This document shows positions 38,884 to 47,500 of a stretch of 64,000 nucleotides of DNA, piece by piece. Below the pieces are notes generated by a model. The model made no database searches. It was given only the letters and a program-made list of their open reading frames with translations, and had not been told where the DNA came from. This DNA is from Candidatus Omnitrophota bacterium (GTDB taxonomy: Bacteria > Omnitrophota > Gorgyraeia > Gygaellales > Profunditerraquicolaceae): NCBI GenBank assembly GCA_026387435.1, contig JAPLLS010000093.1, positions 1,059 to 65,058 on the forward strand, written 5' to 3'. The translations under genes and the position numbers were made by a program. Numbering within the stretch: the first letter of the stretch is position 1; each line of letters opens with the position of its first letter.

Positions 38884-38941
38884 TGCCGGTCGCCCTCAAC
38901 AGCTTTTGAGGCTGCCGCGTATGCCATTTCGCCACCTCGGC
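38884..38941 (-). pseudogene. Truncated tRNA-Leu(CAA) lacking the T-arm
   Basis: GCCGAGG TG GCGAAATGGCATACGC G GCAGC-CTCAAAA-GCTGT TGAGGGCGAC then directly CGGCA; no GGTTCGA T-loop. Confidence 0.75.
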
Positions 38942-38953
38942 AAGAGTAATATA

Positions 38954-38982
38954 ACTATACTATCCAAAATCTTGTTTGTCAA
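38954..38982 (-). promoter_or_regulatory. sigma70 promoter of the tRNA-Leu remnant
   Basis: TTGACA-17bp-TATAGT. Confidence 0.65.
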
Positions 38983-39027
38983 TTCCGTAAATTTGGGGTA
39001 TAATGTTTTTTCTTAAAGGAGGGGTAT

Positions 39028-39426
39028 ATGTTCAGGATGAATTTATTCGTGATTATTGCAATGCTCGCGTTTGTTTCAGGCTGCGTGACTACGCCTGTCG
39101 TGAATTATTCCGGAGAAAATCAGCAGCTCAAAACGCAGGTTAATTCCCTGGAAACGCAATTGAACCAGTTAAAGCAGGAGAATTTCCAGCTGCGCCAGCA
39201 GTTGCAGCAGCAGGCTGCCGTTAAAAAAGAAGTGCGCATGCCCAATGCCTCCGAGATCCAAGCTGCTCTGAAGAAAGCCGGGTTCTATAAAGGGCCGGTA
39301 GACGGGCAGATCGGCACGCAGACCAAAGAATCGATCAAGAAATTCCAGGAAGCGAATAAGATCAATCCTGACGGGGTAGTGGGAAGCAAGACCTGGCAGT
39401 TGTTGTTGAGATATTTGGAAAAATAG
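39028..39426 (+). CDS. Peptidoglycan-binding domain lipoprotein
   Basis: Lipobox VSGC, coiled coil, PG_binding_1 (IQAALKKAGFY.GPVDG, FQ..N.I.PDGVVG..TW). Confidence 0.88.
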   Translation: MFRMNLFVIIAMLAFVSGCVTTPVVNYSGENQQLKTQVNSLETQLNQLKQENFQLRQQLQQQAAVKKEVRMPNASEIQAALKKAGFYKGPVDGQIGTQTKESIKKFQEANKINPDGVVGSKTWQLLLRYLEK

Positions 39427-39428
39427 AG

Positions 39429-39570
39429 GAAAATTTTCTCTCCCTCGCTTCTGCGCTCGGGGTCAAAATTTTCTTCTTGAAATATATGTGATGAAAATTT
39501 TTCTCCCCCTCGCGCTATCTGCGCTCGGGGTCAAAATTTTCTTCTATATAAAATGTTGGGAAAATTTTGA
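39429..39570. repeat. Palindromic ~65-bp tandem unit, copies B and C
   Basis: GAAAATTTT recurs at 39429, 39493 and 39560; both full units carry CCC-TC-GC...GC-TC-GGGGTCAAAATTTTCTTCT. Confidence 0.75.
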
Positions 39571-39646
39571 GGGGCTGTAGCTCAGTTGGGAGAGCACTTG
39601 CATGGCATGCAAGGGGTCGAGGGTTCAACTCCCTCCAGCTCCACCA
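39571..39646 (+). tRNA. tRNA-Ala(GGC)
   Basis: GGGGCTG acceptor stem, anticodon arm CTTGC-ATGGCAT-GCAAG, GGTTCAA T-loop, CCA end; 76 nt. Confidence 0.97.
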
Positions 39647-39650
39647 AAAT

Positions 39651-39679
39651 AAAAAGGCGGGTAAATCCCCGCCTTTTTT
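39651..39679. terminator. Intrinsic (bidirectional) terminator
   Basis: AAAAAGGCGGG-TAAATC-CCCGCCTTTTTT. Confidence 0.85.
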
Positions 39680-39687
39680 ATTGTAAA

Positions 39688-39716
39688 TTGACCTTTAAAT
39701 CCGGTTGTGCTACAAT
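39688..39716 (+). promoter_or_regulatory. sigma70 promoter (near-leaderless nfo)
   Basis: TTGACC-17bp-(TG)TACAAT, 8 nt before ATG 39725. Confidence 0.65.
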
Positions 39717-39724
39717 TTAACATT

Positions 39725-40570
39725 ATGCTGCTTGGAGTACACGTTTCTATTGCCGGACATATCTGGGAATCGATCGACCGCGCGCAAGCGTTGGGCTGCA
39801 GCGCCATGCAGATATTTTCCCGCGACCCCAGGCAGTGGCGCAGATCCAAACTTAAAACCGAGGATATCCGGGAATTCCGGCTGCGCCGGGAAAAAAGCGG
39901 GATCAAAAAAGTTTTTATCCATATTCCATATCTGATCAACCTGGCTTCTCCGTATAATATTTTATACCAGGGCTCTTTGCGGGCTTATATTCAGGACATG
40001 AAAGAAGCCCAGGCTTTGGGGGCGGATTATATCGTCACCCATATGGGCAGCCATAAGGAATCCGGAGAGAAACAGGGGCTAAAAAGAATTATTGTCGCTT
40101 TGAATCGTATCTTGGACAAGACCAGGGATTCTGCGGTCGGGATACTTCTGGAAAATACTTCCGGTTCAGGCTCCTGGTTGGGGTATAAATTCGAACATCA
40201 GCGCTTGATCATTGATGGACTGGAAAACAAAAAGCGGGTGGGGATTTGTTTTGATACCTGCCACGCTTATACTGCGGGATATGATCTGGCCAGTCCGGAA
40301 GGCTATCTTAAGACTATTGAAAGTCTTGAGCAGACCGTCGGTCTGAAAAGATTGAAATTGGTGCACCTGAATGACAGCCGCGACGAATTAGGTTCCCACG
40401 CTGACCGCCACGAGCATATCGGCAAAGGCAAGCTTGGGCTGGAGGCGTTTCGCAGGATAGTTAATGACCCGCGGCTGGCCGAGGCAGCTTTTGTTCTGGA
40501 AACTCCGAAAGACAGCGATAGTGCCGACAAGCGTAACCTTAAGATCGTAAAAAAACTGATAAAAAAATAA
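39725..40570 (+). CDS. nfo: Endonuclease IV
   Basis: GVHVSIAG, HIPYLINLAS, LENTSG, FDTCHA, HLNDS, DRHEHIG, LETP. Confidence 0.95.
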   Translation: MLLGVHVSIAGHIWESIDRAQALGCSAMQIFSRDPRQWRRSKLKTEDIREFRLRREKSGIKKVFIHIPYLINLASPYNILYQGSLRAYIQDMKEAQALGADYIVTHMGSHKESGEKQGLKRIIVALNRILDKTRDSAVGILLENTSGSGSWLGYKFEHQRLIIDGLENKKRVGICFDTCHAYTAGYDLASPEGYLKTIESLEQTVGLKRLKLVHLNDSRDELGSHADRHEHIGKGKLGLEAFRRIVNDPRLAEAAFVLETPKDSDSADKRNLKIVKKLIKK

Positions 40571-40573
40571 ACC

Positions 40574-40966
40574 ATGGCAAATAAAAATTTAAAGATACTG
40601 GTGGTTGACGACGAAAAAGACATCGTGGAGTTCGTGGAAAGAAAGCTCCAGCAGGAGGGGTATGCAACGGTGTGCGCCTATGACGGAGAAGAAGCGCTGC
40701 TTAAGGTTAAAAGCGACAACCCGGATATGGTAATCCTGGATTTAACCATGCCTAAACTTAACGGTTTTGAGGTGTTAAAAGAAATCCGGAATAAACATAA
40801 TGACAAATGGCGTCCGGTGATCATTGTCAGCGGAAACTCGGAAATGGAATCGCTAAAAAAAGGTTATAACATGGAGGCTGACCTTTATTTGAACAAGCCC
40901 TGCGAAATGGAGAATCTGCTGCGCGGGATAAAAACCCTGACGTCATTTATACCCTTAAGGATATAA
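40574..40966 (+). CDS. Single-domain response regulator
   Basis: ILVVDDE, LDLTMP, VSG, NKP. Confidence 0.9.
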   Translation: MANKNLKILVVDDEKDIVEFVERKLQQEGYATVCAYDGEEALLKVKSDNPDMVILDLTMPKLNGFEVLKEIRNKHNDKWRPVIIVSGNSEMESLKKGYNMEADLYLNKPCEMENLLRGIKTLTSFIPLRI

Positions 40967-40972
40967 TAGATT

Positions 40973-43375
40973 ATGGCTGAGTATAATTTCAAAGAGATCG
41001 AGGAAAAGTGGCAGAAATACTGGCACAAGAACAAAAGTTTTAAGGCCGAAGTTTCTTCCCGACCAAAATTCTATTGCCTGGAAATGTTCCCTTATCCATC
41101 AGGGAAGATCCATATGGGGCATGTGCGTAATTATTCTATCGGCGACGTTTACAGCCGCTACAAGCTGGCGCAAGGTTTTAATGTCCTGCATCCTATGGGA
41201 TTCGACGCTTTCGGACAACCCGCGGAGAACGCGGCCATCAAGAATAAGACCAAGCCCGGCGCCTGGACCCACAAATGCATCGAGGAGATGGAGACCGAGT
41301 TAAAGAAAATGGGCTTATCTTATGACTGGGATCGGGAGGTTTCCACCTGCGACCCCGATTATTATCGCTGGAACCAGTGGATATTCATCAAGATGTTTGA
41401 AAAAGGGCTGGCCTATAAGAAAGCTTCTGGTGTGAACTGGTGCCCTTCCTGCGCCACAACCTTGGCTAATGAAGAAGTTATCGACGGCGGATGCTGGAGG
41501 TGCCATACTAAAGTTGAGCAGAAGGATCTTGATCAATGGTATTTAAAGATCACCGGGTATAAAGAAAGGCTTTTGGAAGATTTAAATCAGCTTAAGCTTT
41601 GGCCGGAGCGGGTAATTGCCATGCAAACCAACTGGATCGGCAAGAGCTCAGGCTGCGAGATCTATTTCCGGCGCAAGGATAATAACGGGGTGATCCCGGT
41701 ATTTACGACCCGGGCGGATACCATTTTTGGAGCCACCTACATCGTGCTCGCTCCGGAACATCCGACGGTCTTGGAATTGATCAAAGGCCAGCCGCAGGAA
41801 AAAGAAGTTCTTAAATTTATCGATAAAGTCAGCCAGGAAAGCAAGGTGGTCCGATCTTCGAGCGACGTGAAAAAAGAAGGGATATTTACCGGCTCCTACG
41901 CGATCAACCCGGTTAATAATGAAGTTATTCCTATCTGGGTCGCGGATTATGTTTTGATGGAATACGGCACCGGCGTGATCATGGCCGTTCCCACGCATGA
42001 CCAGAGGGATTTTTTGTTCGCCAAAGAACACGGCCTAGCCATGCGGGTAGTCATTCAGCCGTTTACGCAGCAATGCGAGTTGTGCGCCGAAGATTTGAGC
42101 GAGGCTTATGAAGGTGACGGCCGGCAGATCAATTCCGCCCAGTTCAACGGCCTGCCTAATCTGGAAGGCAAAGCGGCGATCGCTGAGTGGATGGAGAAAA
42201 CCAGGATCGGCAAGATCCAGACCCACTGGCGGCTGCGCGATTGGCTGATCTCCCGCCAGCGTTACTGGGGCACACCCATTCCCATGATTTACTGTGATAA
42301 ATGCGGGGTTGTTTCCGTGGCTTATGAGGATCTGCCGGTTGAGCTGCCCAAGGATGCGCCGTTTACCGGTGAAGGCGGCAGCCCTTTAGGTAAAGTTAAA
42401 GAATTTGTAGATTGCTTTTGCCCGAAATGTAAAGCCAAAGCCCGCCGGGAAACCGATACCATGGCTACTTTCTTCGATTCTTCCTGGTATTTTTTAAGAT
42501 ATTGTTCCCCGGAATTCACAAATGGGCCTTTTGAGGTCAAAGACGCTAAATACTGGATGCCTGTCGATCAATATATCGGGGGGATCGAACACGCTATTCT
42601 ACATTTGTTATATTCCCGCTTTTTTACCAAATTTTTCAAAGATCTGGGAATGATCGACTTTGACGAGCCTTTTACTAAACTTCTGACCCAGGGCATGGTT
42701 TTAAAAGACGGCGAAGTGATGTCCAAATCCCGCGGCAATATCGTCGATCCGGATTCTATGATCCAGAGATACGGGGCGGATACTTTGCGGCTGTTCATGC
42801 TTTTTGCCGCCCCGCCGGAGACAGAGCTGGAATGGGATGATCGGGGCATGGATGGCGCGTTTAAGTTCCTTAACCGGGTCTGGAGGATCCAGGATAATCT
42901 TAAAGATAAAGCTGATGAGCCTGTTGTGCGCAGCCTGCACAAGGCCATTAAAAAGATCAGCGAAGACATGGAAGCTTTTAAATTCAACACCGCCATTGCT
43001 TCGATGATGGAACTGGTCAATGCCATCTATCAATCCGGAGCGGATAAAGAGGTCTACTCGAAATTGATCATCATGCTCAGCCCTATCGCTCCTCATTTTT
43101 GCGAAGAGCTCTGGCAGAACCTGGGCAACCAGGGATCGATCATCAAAGCCGGCTGGCCGAAATTTGACCAGAAATTACTAGTTGAAGATACTGTTGAGAT
43201 GCCTGTTCAGATCAATGGAAAGGTCCGCTCAAAAATCTCTTTTCCTACTAACGCTTCAGTTGAAATTATCCAGGCCATTGTGGCTAAAGACGAAAAAGTC
43301 CAACAGTGGATTCAAGCTAAGCCCATCAAGAAATTCATCGTCGTCCCCAATAAAATCGTTACCATCGTAGTTTAA
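40973..43375 (+). CDS. leuS: Leucine--tRNA ligase
   Basis: MFPYPSGKIHMGH, FTTRADT editing domain, DWLISRQRYWG, GGIEHA, VMSKS. Confidence 0.98.
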   Translation: MAEYNFKEIEEKWQKYWHKNKSFKAEVSSRPKFYCLEMFPYPSGKIHMGHVRNYSIGDVYSRYKLAQGFNVLHPMGFDAFGQPAENAAIKNKTKPGAWTHKCIEEMETELKKMGLSYDWDREVSTCDPDYYRWNQWIFIKMFEKGLAYKKASGVNWCPSCATTLANEEVIDGGCWRCHTKVEQKDLDQWYLKITGYKERLLEDLNQLKLWPERVIAMQTNWIGKSSGCEIYFRRKDNNGVIPVFTTRADTIFGATYIVLAPEHPTVLELIKGQPQEKEVLKFIDKVSQESKVVRSSSDVKKEGIFTGSYAINPVNNEVIPIWVADYVLMEYGTGVIMAVPTHDQRDFLFAKEHGLAMRVVIQPFTQQCELCAEDLSEAYEGDGRQINSAQFNGLPNLEGKAAIAEWMEKTRIGKIQTHWRLRDWLISRQRYWGTPIPMIYCDKCGVVSVAYEDLPVELPKDAPFTGEGGSPLGKVKEFVDCFCPKCKAKARRETDTMATFFDSSWYFLRYCSPEFTNGPFEVKDAKYWMPVDQYIGGIEHAILHLLYSRFFTKFFKDLGMIDFDEPFTKLLTQGMVLKDGEVMSKSRGNIVDPDSMIQRYGADTLRLFMLFAAPPETELEWDDRGMDGAFKFLNRVWRIQDNLKDKADEPVVRSLHKAIKKISEDMEAFKFNTAIASMMELVNAIYQSGADKEVYSKLIIMLSPIAPHFCEELWQNLGNQGSIIKAGWPKFDQKLLVEDTVEMPVQINGKVRSKISFPTNASVEIIQAIVAKDEKVQQWIQAKPIKKFIVVPNKIVTIVV

Positions 43376-43477
43376 TTGTATCCATCCTTGGGGCGGGTAA
43401 GAAGAAACCGCTTTCAAATTCCGCCCTTGCCCGTCTTGAAAACTACTCTATATATTATATACTTATTATATAAGGTT

Positions 43478-43523
43478 GAGAGACTCTAGTGCCTTCCAGC
43501 TGGTTACTGGGAGGTCTCTTTTT
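43478..43523 (+). terminator. Hairpin plus U-tract in the leader of giant gene 1
   Basis: CCTTCCAG-CTGGTTA-CTGGGAGG, extendable by GAGA(C)/TCTC, followed by TTTTT; about 28 nt before ATG 43552. Confidence 0.5.
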
Positions 43524-43551
43524 CTCCACAAAACAAAAAGTTTGTAAAAGT

Positions 43552-44571
43552 ATGATCAATCGGATTTTAGCATTTCTAATTTCGTTTTGTCTTATCTTCG
43601 AGCAGACCGGGTTTGCCCAGCTGGCTATTCCTATAGGCATACCCGGATATTTGAGTTTGCTGGCTCCGGTCGCCGATAAATTCCGGCCGATCCATCTGCG
43701 TTCCATTGATCTTAGCTCCGGTAATGGTAATTTCGAACTCATCCTGGACAAAGGCGACCTCAAGGATATCCAGCCCCGCCAGCTGGAAGAAACGACCAAA
43801 GAACTCTACCGATATTTCCAAATAGGTTTAGCTTTACCGAACAAGTATTTCTGGGTCAACCTCAGGCCGGATTCCCCTGATAGCATGATCGAGCCTTTGC
43901 TGGCCAAGACCGATCTGGGCAAGGTGATGCTAGAAGCCGATCTGCAGCTGAAAAAAGACCTGGCCAATTTTACATCTCTCCAGACTCCGGAAGGCAAACT
44001 TTACTGGGACAAACTTTACTCTAAAGCCAGCGAGCTTTACAACCAGCAGGATATCCAAATTCCCACCTTGACCCGTCCCTGGATCGTTCCCGGAGAAGTG
44101 GTGATTCGCTCTAGCCAAACCGGGGCTTTTGTTTACAAGGCTACGCTTAAGGTAATGCTGGAGCAGGACTATATCAAAGATTCCCCGGCGTATAATTTTA
44201 ACGACCCCCGGCTAAAAGAACTCAATGGTTATTCCTCTCAGCTTATCCGCGAACTGATCATTCCCAAGCTGACCCGGGAAGTCAATTCTTCCCGGCGCTA
44301 CTCGCAATTGCGCCAGGTTTATTATTCGTTGATCCTGGCCCAGTGGTTTAAGTCGAAATCTTTTGGAGTGGCTATGGTCGAAGGTCGGGTGGCGATGGCA
44401 CAAAAGACCGATAGCCAGGACTTGAGCGGGTTGACTTCCAAAACCAGCTGGTCAAAAGACACTTATTTCCAGGCCTACAAGAAGTCGTTCCAGAAAGGCG
44501 AATACAACCAGCAGGAGCAGGTGAATTCGCTCAATGGAATATCGATCCGGCAATACACCAGCGGCGGGATC
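43552..44571 (+). repeat. Duplicated 1020-bp N-terminal domain, copy 1
   Basis: Colinear and ungapped with 58475-59494 (offset 14923); includes a 90-bp identical tract 44378-44467. Confidence 0.95.
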
Positions 44572-47500
44572 CAGATAATGGATCAACTGAAGATCCAGGA
44601 GATCCCGGGCAGTGTCGCTGACTTCTTCACGGGTAACCAGGAATACTTTGCCAGGTTGTCGATGAATTCCCTGACCGGTGATGTGAATATCTTACCGGCA
44701 AGTCCTGTTTTAAAATCCGGCGGAGCACAGGAGTTTGACGGCGGGAAAAAGATAAGTCAGGAATCGGAGAAGGCAAAAGACGCAAAGCGAGGTAATGATC
44801 AGGCTTTTTCCTCGGTGCGCGAAAAGTTCATGTTGTTGACCGAGGCCGAAAAGGAGGAGCTTAATCGCAGGCTTAGAGAGCTGCACCAGGATTCACTCAG
44901 TCAGACGAGTCTCAATAAAGAAGAAAGCGATCGGGAATTCTATACCATCACTATCCGCGAGCAAAGGAGATTCATCGCGGTGTTCCTGGATAAATTCTGC
45001 GCGGAGATCGATCTGGAAGTCGCGTTAAGAAAGGAAGAAGCTGCTGTCCGCACTCTCGGTTATTTATTCTCGAAGATCGCGGGGTTGTTCGCCAAATATC
45101 TATCAAAGAAGAAGGAAATAGGAAAGAACAGGCTGGAAGCGGTCAAGCGCCGGGAGATTTTCGACCGGGCCTGGCAGGAAGCAAGCCGGATCTATCTGGA
45201 CATGTTCCCGCAGCCGGAGAAAAGAACTTGGAACGCGCCTGCCAATGTGCCGGCTATCTACGCCGAGGCATACGACAAATTGCAGAGTTGTCTGACAACA
45301 GACATCCCGGCTTTATTCCTTTATTCGCTTGAGTCGCGGGACAGCCTGGACAGGGCGTTTGAGCTTTATCAACGGAATAATCCTCAGGTCATTGTTGAGC
45401 GGGTCATTTGTACGCCGGACAGCGACCGCATGCAGTTGATCGGCGCGGACATGCCGGTTAGCGCGCAGGATCGGGAATTCTCCAAAGAAAAGATACGTTT
45501 CCAGAAAGGCGTATTATACCGGTTGGTAGACCAGGCCAAGGCGGATCCTTCCAAGATTTTCGTGCTTCGATTAGAGCAGGTCGAGGCTTTGTCGGCCAAG
45601 GTCTGGGTGCAGTTGAACCAGTTCTTGCTTACGGGAGAGTTGTGGATACCCGAAACCAACGAAAAACTTATTCTTCCCGACAACCTTAAGATCGTAGCTT
45701 CCCTTTCCAGCGGCCTAAGGGACAGCGCCTTTTACGACCGCTTCCTGCGTAAGCAGTTGAATATCCCGGACAGGAAAAGCCTGGTTGATTACGCTGTGAC
45801 CAGGTTCGGACTGCCTCAGGTGTTGATAGAGGAATATTGTAATCTGCAGGCGGATAACAGCGACAAGATCACCATGGGGCAGCTTTTAGTGCTGTTTTCA
45901 TATATGAAGGGGCGGCTGGCTGATGAAAATATCAGCGCGAATTCCCAACGCGGCAGGGCGATCATCACTGAAGAACGGGATCTGTTTTTCAGATCGATGG
46001 CCAGGGGCAAGGAGAATATTTTGCTGGCAATGGGCAAAAAAGAGGAAGAACCCGGCGGAGGAAACGATCCGGATACGGAAATGCTTAATGAAGTATTGGA
46101 ATTCTCGACGGAGAACCGATTGCAAATTACAGCTGATTTCACTCCTGAAGAGATAGGGGAGATTGTACTCAAATATCCCGCTGACTGGAAGAATAAACTG
46201 AAAGAGTTGAAGCTTATAAAAGAAGAAGAACGGGATCTGTTTTTCCTGGCCCGTCGGAGCAATGAGGGTCCTCTAAAAGGAATTAATCCGGACGACGAAA
46301 CAGCAATGATGGTCCTGGAGTACGGCGGCAAGATTGGCGAAGTTTATTCCCGGATGGGAGAACTTCGCACTTATGCTGGTCTGCACAAGATAGACCTTTC
46401 ACTTGAAGAAGCCCGTGTGATCGCGATATTAGCTCCTGACCAGATAGAGGGGATTCTGAAAGGCCGGGAGGATGTTAGTGAGGTTTTGATGCTGGTTGAG
46501 ATGCGTATGGCGTTCCAGTCCGTAATAACCATTGTCCCGGGAGTAAAGAACGTTTTGGTGTTCGAGCCCAAAACCGGCCGGTTCATGGCGGATGGAGTGG
46601 AATTGCCTATTCGCTCTGAACTCAAGGACAAGATCGCCGAGGCGATGAAAACACGGGATATGGAGCAGGCGATCAGGGAAGTGTTCAAGGCTGAGCTGGG
46701 TTTGACTTTGACCCAGGACGTAGCGCGCACGCTGAGCGCTATTTCCCGTAATTACCGCTACGGCACCCGGGTCCTGCGGCTGGAAGGCCCGACCGGGACC
46801 GGCAAGACGTTCATGGCCCAGGCTTTGGCCAAGATGCTGGACATTCCTTTTTACGGAGAGCCGTTCCACGCCGCCAGCAAACAGTCGAAACTTCTGGGAG
46901 CGCTCAAGCCCGATGAGAAAGCGGATTATTACATGGATTCGGACACGCCGTTTCTGCAAATACTGGAAAAGGGCGGGGTTGTCGCGCTTTCCGAGCTTAA
47001 TGCGGCGGTAAAAGATGATAAAGCCCGCTTCGGCTGGCTGATGGTGCCTTTGGCTCGGGGTGACGAAAAGTTCATCCTTAACCAGTATCCTGACGGTAAA
47101 GAAACGACGCGGGAACTGACCCGCCATCCGGATTCAATGGTGATCATCGATATCAACCCCACGGAATCATACGAGGCCCGCGGCCAACTTCCGGGTCCGC
47201 TTAATGAAGTTACTCCCGCGGTCTGGGTGGAAGGCAGGTTCGAGTCTCAAGAACTCGAGGATATTTCCGGCGATTATCTCGCCGGCCTCGCGCAGGAAGA
47301 TCTTGACTATTACCGCGGAAAGATCGCCGGCCTGCATTTCGCGATACAACAGGAGCTGGCGGATGAGGATGGCCCGTGGCGGCAGGAGGAAAAAGAGAAG
47401 CGCGAGAAATTCGGAGGCGTAGATATTACCCAGATGCTTAAGGCAGGGCGTATGTCGCCGATGAAGGCAATGAAGGTCTTCGGTCCAATGTTCGGGGTTA

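Noticed and set aside
39429-39570. CRISPR-like periodicity of palindromic repeats
   Set aside because: Only about 2.3 degenerate units; intervening sequences are short and resemble those at 34835; no cas genes
43489-43551. GTG start and 21-aa extension of giant protein 1
   Set aside because: The paralog starts at the position equivalent to ATG 43552, and the extension overlaps the leader hairpin
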